A stretch of DNA of 34,165 bases from Candidatus Aenigmatarchaeota archaeon. GTDB taxonomy: Archaea > Aenigmatarchaeota > Aenigmatarchaeia > QMZP01. The notes under the pieces were generated by a model. That model made no database searches. It had not been told where the DNA came from and was given only the letters and a program-made list of their open reading frames with translations. Shown piece by piece: positions 17,149-27,485 of the stretch. Made by a program: the position numbers and the translations under genes. Within the stretch, counting starts at the first letter, position 1; each line of letters opens with the position of its first letter. The stretch covers positions 1-34,165 of the forward strand of contig JBDRSV010000019.1 of the NCBI GenBank assembly GCA_043824495.1, written 5' to 3'.

Positions 17149-18147
17149 ATGGCTAAATGTTTAGTTACCGGTGGAGCAGGATTCATGGGATCTTGGTTAG
17201 TTGATTATCTTTTAGAAAAAGGTCATGAAGTTACAAGTGCAGATAATCTAAGCGGCGGCTTCATGAGAAATGTGAATGAAAAATGTAAATTCGTAGAAAT
17301 GGATTTGAGAAACAGAAAAAAAGTTGATGAAGTCGTAAAAGGACAGGATATCATTTTTCATTTAGCAGCTTATGCAGCTGAAGGACAATCTGTTTTCTCA
17401 CCAATAGAAATTAATGATATCAACATAACACCAATGAATAATCTTCTTGTTTCTGCAGTAAACAATGATATTAAGAGATTTGTTTTCACATCTTCAATGG
17501 CTGTATATGGTCACCAAGAACCTCCTTTTAATGAGACCATGTTACCTAAGCCAGCTGATCCATATGGTTGTGGTAAACATTATTGTGAAGAAATGTTAAA
17601 GATATTCTCAAACACATACGATTTTGAGTATGTGATAATTCGTCCTCATAATGTATATGGACCCAGACAAAACATTGCAGATCCTTACAGAAACGTTTTA
17701 GGGATATGGATGAATAGAATAATGGCAAATAAAAGACCGTTCATATATGGAGACGGGGAACAAACAAGAGCATTTTCTTACATTGAAGATGTCACACATT
17801 CTATAATGAATGCTGGTTTTTCTGATAGTGCAAAGAATCAGATCGTGAACACAGGAAGTGAAGAAGTTGTTACAATTAACCAGGCTTGTAATATGGTTCT
17901 TGATATTCTAAATAGTGATATAAAACCCGAATATACTGAAGAAAGACCATGTGAAGTTAAGCATGCTCATTGCACAACAGATAAATCTCAAGAAGTTCTG
18001 GGTTACAAAACAACTCACACGTTAAAAGAAGGGACTCAAAGAATGTTTAAGTGGGCACAAAAACTTGGTCCACAAAAACCAACTTACAGGGTACCTATTG
18101 AAGTGAAGAAGAAAGTTCCAAGGGTGTGGGAAGAAAAATTAATTTAA
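17149..18147 (+). CDS. NAD-dependent epimerase/dehydratase (extended SDR, GalE-like)
   Basis: TGGAGFMG, HLAA, SSMAVYG, YGCGK (YxxxK), RPHNVYGP, RAFSY.ED. Confidence 0.93.
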   Translation: MAKCLVTGGAGFMGSWLVDYLLEKGHEVTSADNLSGGFMRNVNEKCKFVEMDLRNRKKVDEVVKGQDIIFHLAAYAAEGQSVFSPIEINDINITPMNNLLVSAVNNDIKRFVFTSSMAVYGHQEPPFNETMLPKPADPYGCGKHYCEEMLKIFSNTYDFEYVIIRPHNVYGPRQNIADPYRNVLGIWMNRIMANKRPFIYGDGEQTRAFSYIEDVTHSIMNAGFSDSAKNQIVNTGSEEVVTINQACNMVLDILNSDIKPEYTEERPCEVKHAHCTTDKSQEVLGYKTTHTLKEGTQRMFKWAQKLGPQKPTYRVPIEVKKKVPRVWEEKLI

Positions 18148-19586
18148 TAATCATCCACGTGTTTTCTAAGAGCTCCTGCCCATTTGATCATTTTACCCAA
18201 TGTAACTTTTTCAGGACTCATACGAACTTTTAGTGTGTAACCATACCATCCCATGAGTATGTACATGAAAAGTCTATTCTGTGGTAATTTTATTAATTGT
18301 TTTGTTATTGGCATTAACCAAGGATATGAAACAGTTATTCCGAAGAGTTTATGCAAATTCTCAACCATTCTCTTTTCTTTAGCGTCTCTAAACTTTAGGG
18401 AACTTTCTATCTTATTATTAGCACGTATTGAGTCATAATTACCGTCAAAGTAGCCATTCTCTTTACAATAGTCCCCTAGCCATGTTCCTGGATATGGTGT
18501 TAGAATTGAAGACCATGCCATTGTAGGTTTTAACTCTATATTGAATCGTAGAGTTTCCATATCCACCTTCACTTTATCTTTAACTGGCAACCCTAGTATA
18601 TTATAGAATCCATATTTGATTCCGTTTTCTCTGAGAAGTTTACACGCGTTTCTTATTTGATCCTTACTCATGTAACGCCTGAGTATAGTGTTTCTCACTT
18701 CATCGTTTCCTGTTTCAACAGCTAAGAATGTGGAAACACATTGCGCTTTAGCTAAAAGTTGTGCTACTTCTGGTGTTATAAGATTTGCTCTTACATTACA
18801 AAACCACGGAATTCCAACTTTCTTTGGCCATTTTTCAGCGAGTTCCCTTAGCCATTCAATATCAGCCATGATGAAAGTATCGTCATTGAATTTGATGAAT
18901 TCTAGAGGATATTTCTCTTTGATTTCCAGAACCTCTTCGATTATATTATCTACACTGCGTTTTCGAACTTTGCTCCAATCTTTTCCGTAAATATCCATCA
19001 TTTTTTTGTTGAAACAATATGAACAAATGAAAGGACATCCTCTTCCTGAAATAATTCTTTTCTCTCCCTCTTCAGCTAAGCTCTTATCATAATTGTATAT
19101 GAGTTCTCTATCAGGGAATGGTATGTCATCTAAACTGTGAGGCAAAGGCCTTGGAGGATTTTCTGTTATGTTGCCTTTAGCATCTTTGACGTAAAGGTTA
19201 TCAATATTTTTGAATGGCGTTCTTTCTTGCATTGCATTAAGTAAATCTGCGAAAGCATCTTCGGCTTCTCCAACAATAACAACGTCCACTCCATCATTTT
19301 TTATCATGTCTGGGAAAAATGTTGGGTGTGGACCACCAAAAACAGATAAGAATTTGTATTTCTTTTTCAATTTTTTATTAAATTTAATCACACTTGTGTG
19401 TTCCCCTGTGTGTACACTGTAAGCTAAAACATCAGGTTTGTATTCTTTCATCTTAGTGTCTATGTCTTCTATATCTGTAGCTATGATATCTGTTTTATTG
19501 CCATGTTTCTTTGCCACAGCAGACAGATACATTATCCCCAATCTTTCACACATCTTTATGTCTCTTAATACAAACAATACTTTCAT
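18144..19586 (-). CDS. Cobalamin-binding-domain radical SAM enzyme (class B methylase-like)
   Basis: N-terminal B12 domain (LGIMYLSAV...GGPHPTF...VGEAE), GRGCPFICSYC, DDTF, VETG..EVR, YPGT. ATG 19586 (MKVLFV) preferred over the track start 19607. Confidence 0.92.
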   Translation of the reverse strand: MKVLFVLRDIKMCERLGIMYLSAVAKKHGNKTDIIATDIEDIDTKMKEYKPDVLAYSVHTGEHTSVIKFNKKLKKKYKFLSVFGGPHPTFFPDMIKNDGVDVVIVGEAEDAFADLLNAMQERTPFKNIDNLYVKDAKGNITENPPRPLPHSLDDIPFPDRELIYNYDKSLAEEGEKRIISGRGCPFICSYCFNKKMMDIYGKDWSKVRKRSVDNIIEEVLEIKEKYPLEFIKFNDDTFIMADIEWLRELAEKWPKKVGIPWFCNVRANLITPEVAQLLAKAQCVSTFLAVETGNDEVRNTILRRYMSKDQIRNACKLLRENGIKYGFYNILGLPVKDKVKVDMETLRFNIELKPTMAWSSILTPYPGTWLGDYCKENGYFDGNYDSIRANNKIESSLKFRDAKEKRMVENLHKLFGITVSYPWLMPITKQLIKLPQNRLFMYILMGWYGYTLKVRMSPEKVTLGKMIKWAGALRKHVDDY

Positions 19587-19596
19587 AAAACACCAA

Positions 19597-20637
19597 TTAT
19601 AACTCAAGACCCATCAAGTCACCTGAGCAATTTTCGCACATGGATATTCTAGACTTATTTTTTAATAAAGCTTTTCTGAAGCCAACATACTTTGGACTGT
19701 TCCACACTTCTGCAAATCCCTTCTCAGTGGAATTTCCAAAATCATAAACTCTGTTTGGATCATTACAGCAAGGCGATACACTTCCATCCCAATTAACAAC
19801 AGATGTTAACCACAGTCTTACGCACCTGTTTTTGAGATTTTTTCTAACCATGTTTTCTTTATATCTACTGTATTCCTCATTCTTTGGCTTGAATCCTTTT
19901 ATTTTTTCTTGATTACCTTCATAACCAAGTGCATTTGCTCCCTCCAAGCTTACTGTTTTGAGTTTTAGGCTATCAACACCAATTCTTTTTGCGATCTCCT
20001 TTATTTTGGATATTTCGTGTTCATTATGACTCATGACTATGAATTGTAATTCTATGAAAGGTGTTCTTTTTTTCAGTCGTCTTTTTGTTTTGACCAAGTC
20101 TTCTAGATTCTTGATAACTGTTTCGAATTTACCCCCAACTCTATATTTCAGGAAAGATTCTTCGCTAGCACCATCAAGAGAGAACATAAGTTCATCTAAA
20201 CCGGACATTACAATTCTCTCTAGGTTTTTACCATCTTTTAAGAAATGTCCATTTGTACTAACTCTAACAAATATTCTTTTTGCTTTTGCATAGTCTATCA
20301 TGTCGTAAATATTTTTATGTAGAAAGGGTTCACCCCAATTCCATAAAGTCAAATTAAACAAATAATCACCACACTCATCTAGAATTTTTTTATAGTGTTC
20401 AAAATCCATGTGACCACGTGGTGCAGTTATAGCTCCGCTGCCTGTAGGACATAACGGGCATTTTAGATTGCAGAAATTTGTAGGTTCAACCATTAGTATA
20501 GAAGGATATCCTGGAAGAAAAGGGTTTTTTCTGTATAACTCAAAGTAATTCCGCATGAGATTTAGTGTTTTTTTTACTGTTATTTCTCGCCCATTTATCA
20601 TGTATCTTAAAATCTGCGACTTCTTCATGCACTCCAC
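19597..20637 (-). CDS. Radical SAM enzyme with SPASM/twitch domain
   Basis: EPTNFCNLKCPLC, WNWGEP, STNG, SLDG; C-terminal C..LW..SVVNWDG.V.PCCND...C.NC. Confidence 0.92.
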   Translation of the reverse strand: MECMKKSQILRYMINGREITVKKTLNLMRNYFELYRKNPFLPGYPSILMVEPTNFCNLKCPLCPTGSGAITAPRGHMDFEHYKKILDECGDYLFNLTLWNWGEPFLHKNIYDMIDYAKAKRIFVRVSTNGHFLKDGKNLERIVMSGLDELMFSLDGASEESFLKYRVGGKFETVIKNLEDLVKTKRRLKKRTPFIELQFIVMSHNEHEISKIKEIAKRIGVDSLKLKTVSLEGANALGYEGNQEKIKGFKPKNEEYSRYKENMVRKNLKNRCVRLWLTSVVNWDGSVSPCCNDPNRVYDFGNSTEKGFAEVWNSPKYVGFRKALLKNKSRISMCENCSGDLMGLEL

Positions 20638-20747
20638 ATCTTAGCATATATACTGACGTTTCAATTACTGTTGCCGTGATAGTATAAACACTTACACTCT
20701 AGATCATCATTGAGTATCTATAATCTATATAGTATGATAGTATGAAC

Positions 20748-22412
20748 CTATTTTCTCTTGTATATCCACGCCAACGGAGCTCCTTGAGCTTCTACCGTAT
20801 GTATTAAATCATAGTCGTTAGATATTAATTTATTAAATGTCACGTTCATGTAGACTCTGAAGTAGGTATTTTCTACAATATATTCCGCTTTTGCAGTCAC
20901 ACCAGTCAAATCCCAATTTTCATTCTGCTCTTTCTCTGATATATATTTCGGCACAAACGGAGTTAGGTCTATTAAGTTTTCCCGTAGTGGTGGTATCGCG
21001 TGTCTAGGCATCACAAAGAATTGTACTGTAGCATTTTCTTCTGCAATGTCGTATACGTAATACGATGCTTCTCCTATACCCTCTCCCCATCTACCAACAA
21101 CGAACAAATTATTCTCATACACATTTTTCGGTCCTCCGGTAAACTCGTTGTAGTAATCGAGATAGTATGGATGTATCAAAACTAAACTTACTATAAGATA
21201 TGCAAAGATTATACCAACAATAGCATAATAATCTATATTTCCACGACTCTTGGTTTTTGTTTTCACAAATTTAATGAACCACATAATTCCTATGGCCATC
21301 AAAGCTGCGAACGCGGGATAAATCATGAATGTGTATCTAGGACCATTCATTTTAAACTGGAAAAGTGAATAGAGTATGAGTGGTACTAGGAACCATAGAA
21401 GGAACATTCTATGCCCATAATCTTTCTTACTAAACGCCGTCTTCACTGATTTAATTGCGCCCAAAAAGAAGAACGATATAAGTATAGCAGGGGCAGTTAC
21501 TAGGAGATATATGATATCATAGTATGCTGGTTGTCTAGTTGAGAATTGACCAAGCAAGTATTCTCCCACATTACCTCCTCCCATCGCTAGCCATCCATTA
21601 ACATTCGCAAAAGCTGCTCCAATTGGATCTGGCCAGAAACGAGGCCATATCAAGAACAATACTATTAGAGAAACTATAGGAATCAGGAAAAGATATTTTT
21701 TGCCAATTGCTTTTGGTTTTGGGAATGCAAAATATAGCAAAGGTAAGAGTGCAAATAGCGTCGCACTATTGTATTTCGTGGCTATAGAAAGCCCTGTGAA
21801 TATCAGAGCTACATAAAAATATTTTTTATTTTCTAGTCCTTTGATGAATAGATAGAGTGTTACGGTATACATGAAAACAAGCATAGCATCAAGTGCTGCT
21901 ATTTTTGTTTGTGCAATTGAAACAGGCAACAGAGCAAAAAGCAGTGCAGCTACAACAGCTGTTTTTACACCGAAATATTTTCTTGTCATCAAGAACAATA
22001 ATACAGCAGTGGCTGCTGCGAAAACTGCAGATAGAGCTCTACCGGGTGCTAGATTTTTATAAATATACAATTGATAAACAGCATCATCGTAGCCAGAAGA
22101 GAAGAGACTAAACCCAGTCTGAGAAATCATATAGCCACCATTGACTATACCATAAGTGTATCTTACCAGTGGTGGATGTAAGCTTCCTGACCAATCAGGA
22201 TTGTATGTTTTCCACGTATCTGAACTGAAATCTCCTTTGACTATGTTGTACCACATATTCAATCCCAGAGAATATGTTGTTATCTCATCCCATGTCTCAT
22301 ATGGCTTGTCAATATCAACTACTCTTACTGTCATGGTGATTATAACTACAACTAACAAAATTGCAAGTATTTTATTTTCTGGAACATTTTTGGGAATTCT
22401 CATACTTATCAT
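20748..22412 (-). CDS. Integral-membrane GT-C glycosyltransferase (ArnT/PMT-like, GT39/GT83)
   Basis: N-terminal TM then WDE acidic motif and HPPL in the first external loop; roughly a dozen hydrophobic segments; GL..ATKY; RY motif; C-terminal soluble domain. Confidence 0.85.
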   Translation of the reverse strand: MISMRIPKNVPENKILAILLVVVIITMTVRVVDIDKPYETWDEITTYSLGLNMWYNIVKGDFSSDTWKTYNPDWSGSLHPPLVRYTYGIVNGGYMISQTGFSLFSSGYDDAVYQLYIYKNLAPGRALSAVFAAATAVLLFLMTRKYFGVKTAVVAALLFALLPVSIAQTKIAALDAMLVFMYTVTLYLFIKGLENKKYFYVALIFTGLSIATKYNSATLFALLPLLYFAFPKPKAIGKKYLFLIPIVSLIVLFLIWPRFWPDPIGAAFANVNGWLAMGGGNVGEYLLGQFSTRQPAYYDIIYLLVTAPAILISFFFLGAIKSVKTAFSKKDYGHRMFLLWFLVPLILYSLFQFKMNGPRYTFMIYPAFAALMAIGIMWFIKFVKTKTKSRGNIDYYAIVGIIFAYLIVSLVLIHPYYLDYYNEFTGGPKNVYENNLFVVGRWGEGIGEASYYVYDIAEENATVQFFVMPRHAIPPLRENLIDLTPFVPKYISEKEQNENWDLTGVTAKAEYIVENTYFRVYMNVTFNKLISNDYDLIHTVEAQGAPLAWIYKRK

Positions 22413-22490
22413 GTTTCATTAAAATAAGACCGACAAAAATATAAACATTATTCCCATTCATTTCCTATTCATTTTGATTGTGGCAAAACC

Positions 22491-22508
22491 AGGGAGAAGG
22501 TTTATAAA
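22491..22508 (+). promoter_or_regulatory. BRE+TATA for the SDR-cupin-DegT-DegT-GNAT-GT2 operon (probably leaderless)
   Basis: AGGGAGAAGG-TTTATAAA, ending 22 nt before ATG 22531; no RBS evident. Confidence 0.6.
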
Positions 22509-22530
22509 ACTGTGGTGTCTTTTAACTAAC

Positions 22531-23499
22531 ATGAAAGTACTAATAACCGGAGGTGCCGGGTTTATAGGTTATCATCTAAGCAAAATGCTTGTAGAAAATG
22601 GACACGAAGTAATTGTTTATGATGAATATCTTGATTTCATTGACCCTGAAAAAAGCCTTCATTCGAAATACTTAAAGATAAGACTAGACTGGTTAAAAGA
22701 AAATACAAAACTAATCAGGGGCGACATAAGACATAAAATAGAATTCTTCAAAACACTACAAGAAAACCAGCCCGATGTAATTGTTCATCTAGCTGCTTTG
22801 CCTATATCTACCACATCAAACGAGTTTCCAGAAGATGCAGTTGGTATCAATCTAAACGGAACAATCAATGTTCTTGATTCTATAAAATTGGTTCCATCCG
22901 TCAAGAAATTTGTTTATGCTTCTTCAAGTATGGTCTATGGAAATTTCGTGAAACCAATGGCAGACGAAGATCATCCAACAAGTCCTTTAGATGTCTATGG
23001 TGCAACAAAACTAAGTTGTGAACACTTAACAAGAGCATATCACAAACAATATGGAATAAATTATGTAATCATAAGACCTTCTGCTGTTTATGGACCAACA
23101 GATTGCAACAGAAGAGTGAGTCAAATATTTATAGAAAATATGATGGCTGGAAAGCCTTTAACACTACATAATGGAGGAGAATCTAAACTAGATTTCACAT
23201 ATGTAGAAGATATTGCTCAGGGATTTTATCTCGCAGCAACAACAGATAAAGGAAATGGTCAAACATTCAATATCACAAGAGGAGAGGGCAGATCACTGAA
23301 AGAATTTGTAGAAATACTAAAGCCACTTATAGGAAAAGATGTTCAAATTGAATACAAACCTGCAGACATGAAAAGACCTGAAAGAGGAACACTTGATATA
23401 ACAAGAGCGAAGACAATCTTGGGATATGAACCTAAATATTCACTAGAAGAGGGGCTTGAGAAATATGTTAAATTCATCAAAGAACATGTTGAAGTATGA
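22531..23499 (+). CDS. NAD-dependent epimerase/dehydratase (extended SDR)
   Basis: MKVLITGGAGFIG, HLAA, SSSMVYG, YGATK, RPSAVYGP, DFTYVED. Start 22531 preferred over the track start 22474. Confidence 0.93.
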   Translation: MKVLITGGAGFIGYHLSKMLVENGHEVIVYDEYLDFIDPEKSLHSKYLKIRLDWLKENTKLIRGDIRHKIEFFKTLQENQPDVIVHLAALPISTTSNEFPEDAVGINLNGTINVLDSIKLVPSVKKFVYASSSMVYGNFVKPMADEDHPTSPLDVYGATKLSCEHLTRAYHKQYGINYVIIRPSAVYGPTDCNRRVSQIFIENMMAGKPLTLHNGGESKLDFTYVEDIAQGFYLAATTDKGNGQTFNITRGEGRSLKEFVEILKPLIGKDVQIEYKPADMKRPERGTLDITRAKTILGYEPKYSLEEGLEKYVKFIKEHVEV

Positions 23500-23938
23500 G
23501 AAAGAAACTACTGATATTCTGATAGAGAATGCAAAAAAATCAGACAGAAAAAGATTACATTATAATTTTCATAAAACAAACGAAGAAAAATTACAGCGAT
23601 TTCTTAATGCAATTGAGCCAGAGAGTTATGTAAGACCTCACAAACACTTAGATACAATAGAAGTGTTTATCATATTCAAAGGTAAAGTTGCTTTATTCAC
23701 CTACGATGATAACGGAGAAGTTACAGATAAAGTGGTATTAGAACCGGGTAAAACACCTGGTGTTGAAATACCAGTAAATATGTGGCATTCTATGATGGCT
23801 CTTGAAGAGAACTCTGTTCTCTACATAATAATGGAAGGTCCATACATAGCGGATTCACATAAACGTTTCCCAGATTGGGCACCAGAAGAATCAACTAAAG
23901 GGAAAGAATTCATGAAAAAATTAAGGAGCAAGTTATGA
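23486..23938 (+). CDS. wbuC: WbuC-family cupin-fold metalloprotein
   Basis: RKRLHYNFH...QRFLNAIEP.SYVRPHKH...E...WHS...EGPY...FP.WAPEE. ATG 23486 preferred over the track start TTG 23456. Confidence 0.88.
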   Translation: MLKYEKETTDILIENAKKSDRKRLHYNFHKTNEEKLQRFLNAIEPESYVRPHKHLDTIEVFIIFKGKVALFTYDDNGEVTDKVVLEPGKTPGVEIPVNMWHSMMALEENSVLYIIMEGPYIADSHKRFPDWAPEESTKGKEFMKKLRSKL

Positions 23939-25044
23939 TACCATTAGGAAAGGTCGAGATAGACGAGAATGAAATAGACGCGGTTAAAGATGTTCTAAAT
24001 TCTGGTTGGCTTGCACATGGTCCTAAAACAAAAGAATTTGAAAAAATGTTTGCAGAATACATAGGAACTAAACACGCAATATCAGTAAATTCTTGTGCTT
24101 CTGCCCTTCATTTAGCAATAGAGTGCCTGGGCATCAAAGGCGACATAATATTACCTAGCTTTACTTTTGTTGCGTCTGCTAACACAATTGTAACTGCAGG
24201 TTCTAATCCTGTTTTCGTTGACATAGAGAAAGATACGTGCAACATAAACCCACACGAAATTGAGAAAAAAATAACAGATAAAACAAAAGCTATAATGCCT
24301 GTTCACTTTGCTGGACACCCATGTGACATGAAGCATATAACAGAAATAGCAGAAAAAAATAATCTTGTTGTAATTGAAGATTCAGCAGAATGTATTGGCG
24401 GGGAGTTTAATGGCAAAAGAACTGGAAGCTCTGGTATTGGATGTTTTTCATTTTACCCAACAAAAAATATTACAACAGGAGAAGGCGGAATGATAACAAC
24501 CAATGACGATGATTTTGCTCAGAAACTTAAAACATTGAAAGCACACGGAATATCATCAACTGCATATGAAAGAGAAAGAGAAGAAAGACCTTGGTTGAGA
24601 GCTGCAGTAGAAGCTGGCTACAATTTCAGAATGTGTGACATAAATGCTGTAATAGGTATCGAGCAAATGAAGAAGATAGACGAATTCAACAAAAAGAGAA
24701 TAGAATCTTCTAATTATCTCACAAGTAAATTGGATGAAAATAAACTCGAGGTACCAACAATTCGCGAAGGATGCAAACATGTTTTCCAGATGTACACAAT
24801 TAAATTAAATCCTTCGATAAACAGATCACATTTTGTTAAACACCTTAGAGAAGAGGGAATACAAGCCAGTGTTCACTTTGATCCTCCTGTTCATTTACAA
24901 CCATACTATGCAAACAGAGGCTGGAAGAAAGGAGATTTCCCAGTAACTGAAGATGTAGCTGAACATATTGTCACACTTCCAATGTTTCCTTCGATAAAAA
25001 GGGAGGATCTGGATAGAATAGCACAAGTAATAAATTCTTTCTAG
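23935..25044 (+). CDS. DegT/ArnB/Per-type PLP aminotransferase
   Basis: FTFVASAN, PVHFAG, IEDSAE, SFYPTKNITTGEGG, GYNFRM; ATGA overlap with the cupin. Confidence 0.93.
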   Translation: MIPLGKVEIDENEIDAVKDVLNSGWLAHGPKTKEFEKMFAEYIGTKHAISVNSCASALHLAIECLGIKGDIILPSFTFVASANTIVTAGSNPVFVDIEKDTCNINPHEIEKKITDKTKAIMPVHFAGHPCDMKHITEIAEKNNLVVIEDSAECIGGEFNGKRTGSSGIGCFSFYPTKNITTGEGGMITTNDDDFAQKLKTLKAHGISSTAYEREREERPWLRAAVEAGYNFRMCDINAVIGIEQMKKIDEFNKKRIESSNYLTSKLDENKLEVPTIREGCKHVFQMYTIKLNPSINRSHFVKHLREEGIQASVHFDPPVHLQPYYANRGWKKGDFPVTEDVAEHIVTLPMFPSIKREDLDRIAQVINSF

Positions 25045-25053
25045 AAAATTGAT

Positions 25054-26310
25054 ATGTTCAAGAGAATAATTCCTTATACAATACCAGAAATGGAACCAGG
25101 AGCATTATCAATCATTTTAAAAAATACACTCAGTGGAAAAATTAAGGAAGGATCCGAATTAGAAGAATTCGAAAAAAGATTTGCTGAATATGTAGGAACC
25201 AAATACGCGATAAGCGTTGCTTCTGGTAGAGCAGCTCTATATTACATTTACAGGTTTTTCCTGAAAGACGGACAAAAAGTCATTCTTCCTTCTTATACAT
25301 GTATACCAGCAATAGACGCTGCAAGATGGGCTGGAGGGAAACCAGTATTCCTTGACATTGATTTGAACTCATATAACCCAAAGTTTGAAAATTCCGTGGA
25401 AAAAGAAAGGAATGTGGGTGCAATATCTCTAAGTTATCTTTATGGTCTTGTTGGTGACATCAAACCATTTTTAGATTACGCGAAAACCAACAATATCGCT
25501 GTAATAGAAGACTCGGCAATTGCTTTGGGAGCCTCTTACAAAAACAAAAATGTTGGATCGATAGGCGACGCTGGAGTTTTTAGTTTACAAGAATCTAAAA
25601 TATTTACCTCTTGGAGAGGTGGAGTTGTGACAACAAATAACAAAGAATTATACGATTACATAAAAAACATAAGAGACGAACAAGAATTTCCATTCACCGG
25701 AAAATTACTTTTCAATCTATCATTTTCATACAAAAGAAAGATTCTATCAAATCCAAATTTATACGGATCAACAATGTACCCATTGAAAAAAGTTATGACT
25801 TCTAAGAAATTCAAGTCTATATTACAGAATATTATGGGATTCAATCCACTAGAATCAATAGACGGTATGAGCCCACTTTTGATGCCGAAAACCGATAAAT
25901 TCAGATTTACAAACACACAGGCTGCGGTTGCTTTATTATCATTGAATAGGATAAATAAAATAATAAGAAAGAGGAGAAAATCAGCAAAATTCTTGTCAGA
26001 CGAATTGAAATCCATTGTAGATGTCCCAATAGAAGGTAAAGATGTCAGACACGCGTATGGAAGATTTCCCATAAGAATTTCCGGAAAAAGCAAATTCTCT
26101 CTACACAATCATTTTTTGAAGAGGGGAATAGAAACCTCTCTTAATTATCCTTACATAATACCAAAAACAAAATTCATGATAAATTACAAACATGTAAAAT
26201 TTCCTAATTCACAAAAAGCTTCGAATGAAACATTATTACTGCCTTTCCACACATACCTGAAAGACAAAGACCTGGAAATAATAGTAAAGGCTGTTAAGGA
26301 GTTGAAATGA
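25054..26310 (+). CDS. DegT-family aminotransferase with a long internal insertion
   Basis: SGRAALY, PSYTC, VIEDSA, FSLQESKIF..WRGG (PLP Lys); long insert between GGVVTTN and FTNTQAAV. Confidence 0.85.
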   Translation: MFKRIIPYTIPEMEPGALSIILKNTLSGKIKEGSELEEFEKRFAEYVGTKYAISVASGRAALYYIYRFFLKDGQKVILPSYTCIPAIDAARWAGGKPVFLDIDLNSYNPKFENSVEKERNVGAISLSYLYGLVGDIKPFLDYAKTNNIAVIEDSAIALGASYKNKNVGSIGDAGVFSLQESKIFTSWRGGVVTTNNKELYDYIKNIRDEQEFPFTGKLLFNLSFSYKRKILSNPNLYGSTMYPLKKVMTSKKFKSILQNIMGFNPLESIDGMSPLLMPKTDKFRFTNTQAAVALLSLNRINKIIRKRRKSAKFLSDELKSIVDVPIEGKDVRHAYGRFPIRISGKSKFSLHNHFLKRGIETSLNYPYIIPKTKFMINYKHVKFPNSQKASNETLLLPFHTYLKDKDLEIIVKAVKELK

Positions 26311-26648
26311 TCGGAAAATTAAAACTTCTAAAATCAGTGTTTCCTGAAAGCTGGATTAGAAAATTACCATTGCTGTTCTTCAAGGCAGATACAATAAAAA
26401 AAGACGGTAAAGTAGTTGCAATGTGCACAACTTTCAGAAGGAGAATAATTCTTTTGGGTGTACACAAAGACTACAGAAGTTTGGGATTCGCAAGTAAATT
26501 AATACAGAGGAGCAACGCTGTAAAAACAGACACGTATCTAGGAAACGACAAGGCTCTAAAATTATGGCAAAAGAACGGCTTCAAAACAGAGAAAATTGTA
26601 GACACACCATTCGGGAAAAAGTATATCCTAACCAGAAAGAAAGCTTAG
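26307..26648 (+). CDS. Minimal GNAT N-acyltransferase
   Basis: LGVHKDYRSLGFASKL (motif A) and NDKALKLWQKNGF (motif B); ATGA overlap with the DegT gene. Confidence 0.85.
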   Translation: MIGKLKLLKSVFPESWIRKLPLLFFKADTIKKDGKVVAMCTTFRRRIILLGVHKDYRSLGFASKLIQRSNAVKTDTYLGNDKALKLWQKNGFKTEKIVDTPFGKKYILTRKKA

Positions 26649-26690
26649 ATGCCTTGCGAAAGCCTTTTTATTGATTGTATGTTTATTTAG

Positions 26691-27404
26691 ATGTATATGA
26701 CAAAAGTAACTGTTATTTCACCTGTACACAATGAGGAAGACGTCTTAAAGGAACTGATAGCAAGGACGACAAAAACTCTGAAAAAACACTACAAGAACGA
26801 TTGGGAATTCATAATAATAGATGACGTTAGCACAGATAAAACTCCAGAAATAATGAAATCTTTAGCCAAGAAAAACTCAAATATAAGTTATGTTAGATTG
26901 GAGAAACGTGGAGGACAAACAGGTTGTTTTAAGGCTGGTTTTGATAAAGCAAATGGTCGTATAGTCATAACAATTGATGGAGATCTTCAGTTACTACCTG
27001 AAGATATACCATTGTTAGTAGATAAGATGGACTTAGGATACGATCTTGTTAATGCTATAAGAGAGCACAGGAAACATGATTTTGGTCTTAGGTTTGCTTC
27101 AAGAATATACAACATACTAATGCTCATATTTTTTAATTGTCCTGTTTTAGACGCTGCAAGCAATTACACTGCATTCAGAAAGAAATATATAAAGAATCTA
27201 GACTTGATAGGAAATGATCATAGATACATGATACCTATTTGTGTAAGACGTGGAGCAACAAAGATAGGAGAAATTGTTGTTCAACACAGAGAAAGAAAAT
27301 CCGGAAAATCAAAATATGGAAAAATTCTTAGAAAATTTGCTAGAGGCGGACCAGAAATAATAAGAGCATGGATCCGATGGAAACGAGGAAAATACGATTA
27401 CTGA
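26691..27404 (+). CDS. GT2 polyprenyl/dolichol-phosphate glycosyltransferase (DPM1/ArnC-like, no TM tail)
   Basis: PVHNEE, IDDVSTD, KAGF..ANG, IDGDLQ, HRYM.P, V.HRER.SGKSKY. Confidence 0.9.
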   Translation: MYMTKVTVISPVHNEEDVLKELIARTTKTLKKHYKNDWEFIIIDDVSTDKTPEIMKSLAKKNSNISYVRLEKRGGQTGCFKAGFDKANGRIVITIDGDLQLLPEDIPLLVDKMDLGYDLVNAIREHRKHDFGLRFASRIYNILMLIFFNCPVLDAASNYTAFRKKYIKNLDLIGNDHRYMIPICVRRGATKIGEIVVQHRERKSGKSKYGKILRKFARGGPEIIRAWIRWKRGKYDY

Positions 27405-27485
27405 TACGTCATTTCTAGAAATCAAATTCTAAAAACATTCCACCCTGCCAAATATTCAATGACATATAATTGATTTTCATACTAA

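Noticed and set aside
18144-18147. Overlapping convergent stop codons (TTAA), plus the near-abutting convergent pair at 7214/7216
   Set aside because: Expected in a compact AT-rich genome; no function evident.
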